A stretch of 64,000 bases of DNA from Candidatus Multivoradales bacterium (GTDB lineage: Bacteria; Acidobacteriota; Thermoanaerobaculia; Multivoradales; Multivoraceae), in NCBI GenBank assembly GCA_965223325.1, contig CBDCWI010000002.1:3168001-3232000 (forward strand), read 5' to 3'. This document shows positions 8,347 to 16,950 of the stretch, in pieces (position 1 is the stretch's first letter; each line of letters starts with the position of its first letter). Position numbers and translations under genes: made by a program. The notes under the pieces were generated by a model that did no database searches, had not been told where the DNA came from, and saw only the letters and a program-made list of their open reading frames with translations.

Positions 8347-11300
8347 GTGGGGCCAGGCAAGAAGGGATCTACCTTGCGACTTGCCGTCCATGCCCGCGGC
8401 ATCCGCTTTGGATGTCTGGCCGCCACCTTTTTCTTTCTCCTCCTCGCCTCGAGCGCCGCCGGAGCGGTGCCGCCGGGGTTCGTCGACGACGTTTTCATTG
8501 CGGGCCTCGAAGGCCCCACGGATGTCGAGTTCGCGCCTGACGGGCGAATCTTCGTTGCCGAACAACGCGGGCGAATCCGCATCGTCGAGAACGGAGTTCT
8601 CCAGGCGCAACCCTTCGTCGACATCGGCGACCGGGTCAACAACATTTTCGACCGTGGCCTCCTGGGAATCGCGATCCACCCCGACTTTCCGGCCACTCCC
8701 TGGGTCTATGCGCTCTACACCTACGACCCCCCCGAGGCAGCGAGCGCCTCTGGCAACGGCGCCCGCGACCAGCCGGGGCAGCGCAGCTCGCGACTCGAAC
8801 GATTTGTTGCCGACCCGCAGACCGGCTGGAGCACCGCGACGTCGAGTGTCGGAACGGTGCTCGCCGGCACCAACAGCAACTGGCAAAACAACGGCGAGCC
8901 TGACGGCTTCGTCAACGACGTCAACGCGCCCTGGGCCTGCACGACCGGCGGCACACCTTTTGCCACCCCAATTCAGGATTGCATTCCTTCCGACTCGACG
9001 ACTCACTCGATCGGCACGGTGACCTTCGGGCCTGACGGCATGCTCTATTTCGGCTCCGGCGACGGCGCAAGCCCGGGACAGGTCGACGACCGTGCGATGC
9101 GTACCTTTGACCCAGACTCGATGACCGGCAAGATTTTCCGGATCGATCCCGTGACTGGACAGGGCCTGCCCGACAACCCGTGGTTCGACGGCGATCCAAG
9201 TCACAACCGCTCGAAGTTCATCTCGCGCGGCCTGCGCAATCCCTACCGCTTCGTGATCCATCCCCAGACGGCTGAGCCCTTTATCGGTGACGTCGGTTGG
9301 GCAACCTGGGAAGAGATCAACCAGGGCTGGGGAGTCAACTTCGGGTGGCCATGCTACGAAGGCGGCTCGGGGACGAACATTCGGCAGCCGGGTTATGAGG
9401 CCCTGCCGGAATGCCAGAGCTACTACCAGGACGAACAGGCCGGAATCGAGGCGACCCGGGCTCCGATCTGGGCATACGACCGCACCGGCGCCTCCGGCGC
9501 TGCCATGGCGAGCAGTTTCTACACCGGCACCGCCTTCCCGACCGACATGCACGGAGCCCTTCTGATCGCCGACTACACCCAGAACTGGATCAGGTACATC
9601 CCGTTCAGTTCCGGCCAACCACTCCTCAACCCCGACGGCACCGCGCAGGTCCGCGACTTCACCAACTCGGCCATCACCCCCGTCGACGTCGAGATGGGTC
9701 CGGACGAGAACCTCTACTACATCTCCTACTTTCAGAACCAGATCCGGCGCATCGCAATCGCCGGAGCCCTCGACGTGGAGTACCAGTACTTCGAAGGCGA
9801 CTGGAACGTGCTTCCCGACTTTTCGGCTCTGCCTCCGGTCTCGACCGGCAGCACGGCCAACTTCGATCTCTCACCGCGCCAACAAAACGACTTCTTCGGG
9901 TTCCGTTTCGACACCTGCGTGACCGTTCCCAACTCGGGCACCTGGCGCTTCTACACCCGCTCCGACGACGGCTCCAAGCTCTGGGTCAACGGCTCACTGG
10001 TCGTTGACAACGACGGCCTGCACGCGACGGTCGAAGAGTCCGGCTTCGTGACCTTGTCGGCCGGGATTCACACGGTGCGAGTCGACTTCTTCGACAAGAC
10101 CCAGGCCGAGTTCCTCGAAGTCGGCTGGGAAGGACCGGGGGTTTCTTCCCAGGCGATTCCCACCGGCGCCATCACCAGTTGCTCGGGAGAAAACCGCGCA
10201 CCCATCTTGACCGACCCGGGCGCCCAGACGACTTCGATCAACCAGAACGTTTCCCTCTTCGTCCAGGCGACAGACCCTGACGGCGACGCACTGACCTGGT
10301 CGGCCAACGGTCTACCTCCTGGGCTCGCGATCGACAGCTCGACCGGTGAGATCTTCGGTTCACCCACGGTGGCCGGCACGAGCGTCGCCGAGGTCACGGT
10401 CAGCGATGGTCTCCTGAGCGACTCGGTCGACATCCCGTGGAGCGTGGTGACCAACCGCGCTCCGACTGCCACGATCACACTCCCGAGCGGAGCGACGTTT
10501 GCGATCGGCGAGACGGTCGACTACGCCGGGTTCGGAAACGATCCGGATGAAGGGTCCCTACCCGGGTCGGCTCTTACCTGGGTCGCCACCCTCCACCACC
10601 TCGACCACACTCATCCTGCATTCACCGATTCTGGCTTCAGTGGCAGCTTTACCTACTCCGATCACGATGACGAGATCTTCTTCGAGCTTTGCCTCACGGC
10701 AACCGACTCGGAAGGGGCATCTGGTATCGACTGCGTCAACATTTTCCCGACCAAGGTCAACTATCAGTTCAGCAGCAGTCCTTCGGGAGTTTCGCTGAGC
10801 TACAACGGTGTCGCGCGCCCGGCACCCTTCTCGGTTCAGATTCCGGTTGGTGCACAGCGCAACCTCTCGGCTCCCCAGACTCACAACGGTCAGAACTTCA
10901 CCTCGTGGTCGAACGGCGGCCCACGCTCGCAGGTCTTGGCCATCGGCACCAGCGACCAGACCCTCCTGGCGACCTACGGAGGAGGCTCGGGCGACCCGAC
11001 CCACCTCCTGGTCACGACCTCCGGTGGCTATCGCCACTTGAAGCTGGGTCACTCGTCCGCCAGCGTCTGGTCGCCGAAGATCGATCCCACTGCGGGTGGC
11101 CAGACGCACCTCGAGATCGAGCTGCGCGACTTCGCCGGCAATGCCGACTGGCAGAAGCTGGTGATCGCACCGCAGGGAGTGGGCAGCAAAGGTGTCCGCC
11201 TGGGTGACTTCATCAGTGGCCAGCCCACCGGATGGTTCACCATCCAGATTCCGCTCTCCGCCTTTGCTTCCGATGCGTTCGACGGTGGAATCTCGCACCT

Positions 11301-12528
11301 GAGCGTGCCCTTCAGCGAGAACGCCGCATCGTTCGAGATCGGCTTTAGGAAGTTGGAGTTCACAGGCGGCGCCGCTTCCTTCCTCTGGTTCGGGGATCCC
11401 GGCAAGACCGACAACGCCTTCCAGGGCAGCGGTGCCGGCGGTGAACTCCTCGGCGAGATCGTCGCCGGCGGTGGCGGATCGAATACTGCCGCAGTCGTCG
11501 TGCAACCCACTGGCGGCAGTGTGATCAACAGCTCGTCGGTTGCCTTCTCCTGGAACGACACCGGTGCTAACTCCTACCGGCTACGCGTTGGCCCCGCCCC
11601 GGGTGTCTGGAGCTTCCATGACCAGAACCACGGAACGGCGACCGGGGCTACGGTGCATGGCATCCCACTCGACGGCCAGACGGTGCACGTCAGGCTGGAG
11701 AGCGTTTTCAGCACGGAGACGCTTTTCTTCGACACCTCTTACGCCACGACCAACACCAACCCACATCAGGCAGCCAGCCTCACGTCTCCCCCTCCGGGAT
11801 CGACCCTTGGCTCGACCAGTGCGACGTTCTCCTGGAACGACACCGGCGCGATCAGCTACCGCCTTCGCCTCGGACCGCAGGTCGGTCAATGGAGCTACCA
11901 CGACCAGAGCGTGGGAACCGCCACCAGCGTGATCGTCACGGGGCTTCCAGACGACGGCTCCACCATTCATGCGCGGCTCGAGAGCAGCTTCACAAACCCG
12001 ACGGAGACCCTTGCGCACAACGTGACGTACATCGCGCACAGCACCTCGACCGGTGACCCCACCACTTATCTGCGCATCACCAACCCCGGCGGCTATCGCC
12101 ACCTGAAGCTCGGCTTCGGAACCAGCCACATCTGGGCACCGCAGCTCTCACCGGCTACCGGCAACGACCAGCTGCGGCTGACCCTGCGCGACGCCGGGGG
12201 CGATCTCGATTGGAGCCGCCTGGACGTCGCGCCCGGAGGTGACACAACCAAGGCCGTGACACTAGGCGACTACGTCTCAGGCCAGCCGGCGGGCTGGTTC
12301 GAGGTGGTCATTCCACTAGGTGACTTTCCGGCGGGTGCCTGGGACCAGGTCACCCACATGAGCGTTCCGTTCAGTCGCGACGCCGCCGCCTATGAGCTGC
12401 ACGTGGGGCGGATCGAGTTTGCGGGCACGAACGACTTCGTCTGGTTCGGAGCACCCGAGAAGACCGACAATGCCTTCGAGGGCAACGGTGGCGGAGGGCA
12501 GCTCCAAGCCGAGCTCATCGAACCGTAG
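8347..12528 (+). CDS. Secreted PQQ-dependent glucose/sorbosone dehydrogenase-like protein with PA14, Ig-like (He_PIG/PKD), FN3-like and duplicated putative carbohydrate-binding domains
   Basis: PTDVEFAPDGRIFVAEQRGRI, DRGLLGIAIHPDF, GPDGMLYFGSGDG, GLRNPYRF, WEEIN, NFGWPCYEG; PA14 TRSDDGSKLWVNG..VDNDGLH; DPDGDALTWSANGLPPGLAIDSSTGEI; start codon approximate. Confidence 0.85.
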   Translation: MGPGKKGSTLRLAVHARGIRFGCLAATFFFLLLASSAAGAVPPGFVDDVFIAGLEGPTDVEFAPDGRIFVAEQRGRIRIVENGVLQAQPFVDIGDRVNNIFDRGLLGIAIHPDFPATPWVYALYTYDPPEAASASGNGARDQPGQRSSRLERFVADPQTGWSTATSSVGTVLAGTNSNWQNNGEPDGFVNDVNAPWACTTGGTPFATPIQDCIPSDSTTHSIGTVTFGPDGMLYFGSGDGASPGQVDDRAMRTFDPDSMTGKIFRIDPVTGQGLPDNPWFDGDPSHNRSKFISRGLRNPYRFVIHPQTAEPFIGDVGWATWEEINQGWGVNFGWPCYEGGSGTNIRQPGYEALPECQSYYQDEQAGIEATRAPIWAYDRTGASGAAMASSFYTGTAFPTDMHGALLIADYTQNWIRYIPFSSGQPLLNPDGTAQVRDFTNSAITPVDVEMGPDENLYYISYFQNQIRRIAIAGALDVEYQYFEGDWNVLPDFSALPPVSTGSTANFDLSPRQQNDFFGFRFDTCVTVPNSGTWRFYTRSDDGSKLWVNGSLVVDNDGLHATVEESGFVTLSAGIHTVRVDFFDKTQAEFLEVGWEGPGVSSQAIPTGAITSCSGENRAPILTDPGAQTTSINQNVSLFVQATDPDGDALTWSANGLPPGLAIDSSTGEIFGSPTVAGTSVAEVTVSDGLLSDSVDIPWSVVTNRAPTATITLPSGATFAIGETVDYAGFGNDPDEGSLPGSALTWVATLHHLDHTHPAFTDSGFSGSFTYSDHDDEIFFELCLTATDSEGASGIDCVNIFPTKVNYQFSSSPSGVSLSYNGVARPAPFSVQIPVGAQRNLSAPQTHNGQNFTSWSNGGPRSQVLAIGTSDQTLLATYGGGSGDPTHLLVTTSGGYRHLKLGHSSASVWSPKIDPTAGGQTHLEIELRDFAGNADWQKLVIAPQGVGSKGVRLGDFISGQPTGWFTIQIPLSAFASDAFDGGISHLSVPFSENAASFEIGFRKLEFTGGAASFLWFGDPGKTDNAFQGSGAGGELLGEIVAGGGGSNTAAVVVQPTGGSVINSSSVAFSWNDTGANSYRLRVGPAPGVWSFHDQNHGTATGATVHGIPLDGQTVHVRLESVFSTETLFFDTSYATTNTNPHQAASLTSPPPGSTLGSTSATFSWNDTGAISYRLRLGPQVGQWSYHDQSVGTATSVIVTGLPDDGSTIHARLESSFTNPTETLAHNVTYIAHSTSTGDPTTYLRITNPGGYRHLKLGFGTSHIWAPQLSPATGNDQLRLTLRDAGGDLDWSRLDVAPGGDTTKAVTLGDYVSGQPAGWFEVVIPLGDFPAGAWDQVTHMSVPFSRDAAAYELHVGRIEFAGTNDFVWFGAPEKTDNAFEGNGGGGQLQAELIEP

Positions 12529-12611
12529 CGGTTCCGTTCGAAGCGCGGGGTATCAAAACGCGGCAGCCAGACGACTCGCCTTTCGGCCCCGTCCGACACC
12601 AGAACCCAGGC

Positions 12612-12629
12612 GTGTTACACTTGTGTACA
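12612..12629 (+). promoter_or_regulatory. Extended -10 promoter (TGnTACACT) overlapping a palindromic operator of the vapBC pair
   Basis: TG-T-TACACT at 12613-12621, 7 nt before ATG 12629; imperfect inverted repeat TGTTACAC-TT-GTGTACA. Confidence 0.55.
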
Positions 12630-12862
12630 TGTCGACCACAATCACCATCCGTACCTCGGAAGAGCTGCGCGAGGCGCTGGAGAAGCAGGCCAAGGCCCGA
12701 AACAAGACGGCTTCAGAGCTGGCCCGCGAGATCCTCGCGCGTGGTCTCTGCGAACGGCCCATCTCCGAGCGCGCTGGGCATCTACGCGGGATTCTCGGCT
12801 TCGACCCGGAGGCATCTGATCCATGGCGTCGTGAGATTGAGCTTCGGAATCGACGCGATTGA
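12629..12862 (+). CDS. vapB: Ribbon-helix-helix (CopG-like) antitoxin
   Basis: MSTTITIRTSEELREALEKQAKARNKTASELAREIL is an RHH pattern; 77 aa; stop overlaps the PIN gene start. Confidence 0.8.
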   Translation: MSTTITIRTSEELREALEKQAKARNKTASELAREILARGLCERPISERAGHLRGILGFDPEASDPWRREIELRNRRD

Positions 12863-13281
12863 GGGTGTGGCTCCTTGATACCGGACCGATCGTCGCGTAC
12901 CTCAACTTCCGAGACCCGGCCCACCAGATCGTCGGCGAGTGCCTTGACCCGTTCAGCGGACAGCTCATCACCACCGGCCCAGTGATCACCGAAGCGATGC
13001 ACTTTCTCTCCGCTACGCGACAAGGGCCCAACGCATTGGCGAACTTCATTGCGACCGCCAATGTAGAAGTCCGGGAGTCCAACGATCCCGGCGACATTCG
13101 AGCTGCGGTCGATCTCATGGCGAAGTACTCGGATACACCGATGGACTACGCCGACGCAACACTCGTCAGGCTTGCAGCGAACCTCGGGATCACCGAGATC
13201 CTCACCCTGGACCGCAGGGGTTTTCGGACATTTCGGGCCCATCGGAACCAACCGTTCGTTCTGGTGCTCGACGAGGAGTGA
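12859..13281 (+). CDS. vapC: PIN-domain toxin
   Basis: LLDTGPIVA, VITEAMH, MDYADATLV, ILTLDRRGF PIN acidic motifs. Confidence 0.9.
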   Translation: MRVWLLDTGPIVAYLNFRDPAHQIVGECLDPFSGQLITTGPVITEAMHFLSATRQGPNALANFIATANVEVRESNDPGDIRAAVDLMAKYSDTPMDYADATLVRLAANLGITEILTLDRRGFRTFRAHRNQPFVLVLDEE

Positions 13282-13330
13282 GACCGCCTCTTCGGCCATG
13301 CTGCAGAAGACCTTCGTCTGCTTTCGTCCC

Positions 13331-15490
13331 TCAGGGGGGGCTGGCTCGCCGCTCGATCCATTCATCGCGCCGGTGCAGGACATAGGCCTTGAGGGCAGCA
13401 ACGTCTTCGGGCGACAGCACACCGTCGAAGGAGGGCATTCCGCGCTCGACGCGCCGGCCCTCGAGCAGGATGGCGTCGTAGTTGTCGAAGACCCGCTCAC
13501 TCGAGGCGCGCACGTCGGTGACGACATTGCCGCTGACGGCGCCGTAGCCGTGGCACCTCTGACAGTGCTGGCTGAAAAGCGATTCGCCCGAGGCAATGGC
13601 ATCCTCGCTGGAGTCGTGCTCGATGCGCTCGAGGCGAGTTTCCTTCGGCAGCTCGGGCTCCGGGCCGTCGAGTGACGCCCCCAGCGCGTAGACGAGCACC
13701 CGGCCCACGTTGCGTACTGCTTTGCGTTCGGTTCGCGAGCCGGCCATGCCGTAGGCGCCTCCCCAGCCCGAGAGCACCGCGATGTGTTGCTTGCCGCCGA
13801 TGGCAAAGGTGATCGGGGCGGCAATCACTCCGCTCCCGGTGTAGCTCTCCCACAGCTTCTCGCCCGTATCTGCCTTGTAGGCCGCCAGAATCCCCCAGGG
13901 CGTTCCTTGAAACACCAGGTTACCGGCGGTGGCGAGAACACCACCGCTCCACGGCATCTCGTACTCGGCGCGCCAGACTTCTTTCTGCTCCACCGGATCC
14001 CAGGCCAGGAGGTGCCCCGTCGGCAGCTGCTCCTTGAACTCTCGAGTGACGCCGGGGACCTTGTCGATCAGGCTCTCCGGTGTGAAGTCAGGCGGCGCCG
14101 GGATGGTCCCCGTGTTCCACTGCCCGGCGCGCGGCGTAAACCCTGGCGTCGGGCGGTAGAGCGCCGCCATTTCCATCGCTGGGATGTAGACCAACTGAGT
14201 CTCGGGGCTGTAGGCCATCGGGTGCCAGTTGTGACCCCCGAGTGGACCCGGGTGAATCGGAGCGGGCCCCTCCCGATACCTCGCTCCGGGTGTTTCTACC
14301 GGCCGGCCGGTCGCGAGATCGACATGCGTCGCCCAGGTCACTGGCACATAGTTCTCGGCGGAGATGAGTTCTCCGGTCTCCCGATCGAGCACGTAGAAGA
14401 ACCCGTTCTTGGGGGCCTGCATGAGCACCTTACGCTCGCGACCGTCGATGGTGAGCTCGGCGAGAACCATGGGCTGGGTCGCGGTGTAGTCCCAGGTCTC
14501 ACCGGGCGTCGTCTGGTAGTGCCAGACGTACTCGCCGGTGTCGGGCCTGAGCGCCACGATCGAAGACAAGAACAAGTTGTCGCCTCCGCCTGGACTCCGA
14601 ATGTCGCGGTTCCACGGCGAGCCGTTACCGACTCCGACGTAGAGCAGGTCGAGTTCGGGGTCGAAAACGAACGAATCCCAGGCGGTGCCACCGCCGCCGA
14701 CGATCCACCATTCGCCGGTCCAGGTCAGGGCGGCCATCTTCATGGCCTCGTTCTCGAAGCCGTCGGCTGGATTGCCCGGCACGGTGTAGAAGCGCCAGAC
14801 AAGCTCACCGGTCTCGGCGTCGTAGGCCGAAACGTAGCCCCGTACGCCGTACTCAGCCCCGCCGTTTCCGATGATCACTCGGCCCTTGACGACCCGCGGC
14901 GCTCCCGTAATCGTGTAGGGCCGTTCCTGGTCGACGGTCAGGGTCTCCCAGATCGGAGTCCCGGTCTCGGCGTCGAGCGCGATCAAACGCCCGTCGAGAG
15001 TGCCCACGATGACGCGGCCCTTGTAGATCGCCGCGCCACGGTTGACGACATCGCAACACGCTCTCTGAGCGTAGGACTTGGGAACCTCGGGATCGTAGCT
15101 CCACAATGGCTCACCCGACGCCACGTCGTAGGCCGCGACCCGGCTCCAGGTGGTCGTCGCGTACAAGACACCGTCGACAACCAGCGGCGTCGCTTCGAGC
15201 CCGCGCCGGGTCCCGGTTTCGAAGACCATCGCCAGCCCGAGCTGGTTGATGGTCTCGTCGTTGATCTCCTCGAGCGGGCTGAAGCGTTGCTCCTTGTAGG
15301 TGCGACCGTAGGAGAGCCAGTCGCCGGGGCGAGTGGCCGCGGCAACCAGCGCTCTATCGTCGACGGCATAGGCGGCGTGGGCGCGACGTGATGCCGTTTC
15401 CTCCACCCGGGCCAGCCCGCCTGTCGCTAGAGCCAGAAGCAGCACAACGAACGCAGTTGCCAGGAAGAACGAACTCGTAACTTTCGCCAT
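13331..15490 (-). CDS. Quinohemoprotein (type II) PQQ-dependent alcohol dehydrogenase with C-terminal cytochrome c
   Basis: Start MAKVTSS with signal peptide; [16 protein letters not shown], vicinal [43 protein letters not shown]; heme motif CQRCH. Confidence 0.93.
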   Translation of the reverse strand: MAKVTSSFFLATAFVVLLLALATGGLARVEETASRRAHAAYAVDDRALVAAATRPGDWLSYGRTYKEQRFSPLEEINDETINQLGLAMVFETGTRRGLEATPLVVDGVLYATTTWSRVAAYDVASGEPLWSYDPEVPKSYAQRACCDVVNRGAAIYKGRVIVGTLDGRLIALDAETGTPIWETLTVDQERPYTITGAPRVVKGRVIIGNGGAEYGVRGYVSAYDAETGELVWRFYTVPGNPADGFENEAMKMAALTWTGEWWIVGGGGTAWDSFVFDPELDLLYVGVGNGSPWNRDIRSPGGGDNLFLSSIVALRPDTGEYVWHYQTTPGETWDYTATQPMVLAELTIDGRERKVLMQAPKNGFFYVLDRETGELISAENYVPVTWATHVDLATGRPVETPGARYREGPAPIHPGPLGGHNWHPMAYSPETQLVYIPAMEMAALYRPTPGFTPRAGQWNTGTIPAPPDFTPESLIDKVPGVTREFKEQLPTGHLLAWDPVEQKEVWRAEYEMPWSGGVLATAGNLVFQGTPWGILAAYKADTGEKLWESYTGSGVIAAPITFAIGGKQHIAVLSGWGGAYGMAGSRTERKAVRNVGRVLVYALGASLDGPEPELPKETRLERIEHDSSEDAIASGESLFSQHCQRCHGYGAVSGNVVTDVRASSERVFDNYDAILLEGRRVERGMPSFDGVLSPEDVAALKAYVLHRRDEWIERRASPP

Positions 15491-15504
15491 GCTGTTCACC
15501 GTTC

Positions 15505-16095
15505 TCAAGAGTTGGGCGACTCGTCCACTGCTTGTACGTCTGGGCGCCAGGTCGGCTCGGCAACTCCGGCATCGTGGTTGGCGTAGCGCGCCATGACGAA
15601 CAAGGCGTCGGAGAGCCGGTTGAGGTAACGCACGGTCTGCGAGTTGATGGCCACATCGCGCTGCAAGGTCACTACCCGACGCTCGGCACGACGACAAACA
15701 CAGCGCGCAACGTGTAGCTGCGCCGCACACGCGGAACCGCCGGGAAGGACGAAGTTGGCAAGCGGCTCGAGCTCCCCCTGGAGCTCGTCCATCCAAGCCT
15801 CGAGCCGCGCCACGTCTTTGCTGTCAACACACGGCAACGCCACGTCGCGGCGCTCTTCCTCGGGCATACAGAGATCAGCCCCAACGTCGAACAGTTCGTT
15901 CTGGATGCGCGTCAGCATGGGGACCAGGCGTTCCGGCAGGTCACCTGCCAACGCCACACCGATGGAACTGCTCAGCTCATCGACGGTGCCGTAGCTCTCG
16001 ACCCGCAGGTCGTCCTTGGGCACTCGTGTTCCAGTGCCCAGACCGGTGGTTCCGTCGTCACCGGTGCGGGTGTAGACGCGGGTGATCCTGGGCAT
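15505..16095 (-). CDS. pduO: ATP:cob(I)alamin adenosyltransferase, PduO type
   Basis: [58 protein letters not shown]. Confidence 0.93.
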   Translation of the reverse strand: MPRITRVYTRTGDDGTTGLGTGTRVPKDDLRVESYGTVDELSSSIGVALAGDLPERLVPMLTRIQNELFDVGADLCMPEEERRDVALPCVDSKDVARLEAWMDELQGELEPLANFVLPGGSACAAQLHVARCVCRRAERRVVTLQRDVAINSQTVRYLNRLSDALFVMARYANHDAGVAEPTWRPDVQAVDESPNS

Positions 16096-16125
16096 GAAAG
16101 TGGCCGAGCTTCTGAGGCCAGGAGA

Positions 16126-16704
16126 TCAGAAGTCGTCTTTGATCGCGCCTTCGACCGGGCTCGAGGCGTCATTGACGTAGACGCCACCGCTGAGCTCGTA
16201 GGCTTCTTCGGCCCGTTCGATCAGACGCTCCAGAGCTTCTTCGAAGTTCTCAGGTGCCATCTCCTCGTCGCAAAAGGCACAGCAGCTTTCCCAGTTGTAG
16301 CCATGACCCTCGACCTGCATGCGGCCACCGGGAGTGACCTCATCGGTGATGGGGCACCAGATGGTGCTCATGGCGAGCTTGAAGTTCTCCATCCAGCGAT
16401 GCTTCTCGGCCCTGGCCGCGTGTTCGGCCGGCTTGGCCATGAAGCGCTCCTTGGAGTCTGCAGCAGCGCCGCGGTACTTCACCTTTTCGTACTCCCAGGT
16501 AGCTCCATCGGCGGCCGAAGGTTCGAGGGTCACCGGATCGATATGCACCGACTCCAGGGTCTCGGGGATGTTGACCTTTGCAAGGTCGACCGCATCCGGC
16601 GGAAGCTGTGCGAGAAGAGAACCGGCCTGGGCAGCCAAGAGCACGGCGGCCGCTCCCAGGAGGGGTACGAAGCGCGGTTGGATCGAAAGGCGGCTGAGAA
16701 CCAT
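16126..16704 (-). CDS. Exported hypothetical protein with YHS/TRASH-like Cys motifs
   Basis: SD GAGGAG; signal peptide; IDPVT...YEKVKY..F..KP and CPITDE...CCAFC. Confidence 0.6.
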   Translation of the reverse strand: MVLSRLSIQPRFVPLLGAAAVLLAAQAGSLLAQLPPDAVDLAKVNIPETLESVHIDPVTLEPSAADGATWEYEKVKYRGAAADSKERFMAKPAEHAARAEKHRWMENFKLAMSTIWCPITDEVTPGGRMQVEGHGYNWESCCAFCDEEMAPENFEEALERLIERAEEAYELSGGVYVNDASSPVEGAIKDDF

Positions 16705-16950
16705 CGAGCGTCTCCTCGAAGTAGATAGCAGTCCGGTTCGGTTGAGACTGAAGGATCGGTACGGGCGGACCCCGACAGCCTTCGAACGGCGGAACTGGAG
16801 AATCGACGAACTTCCAGTATACCGGGTTCGAGGGCCCCGGCTCTGGCCGTCCCCTCGCAGAACTCCTGCACGTGGCGCACGCCCGAGACGCGGTGCTAAC
16901 GTCTTTGATCGCGCTGCTCCTACGACGCAAATCGGTACCAGTTCGCACCC

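Noticed and set aside
14470-14500. Lanthanide-dependent ADH
   Set aside because: Active-site motif is WDYTAT, without the extra Asp (D-x-D) of XoxF/ExaF/PedH enzymes
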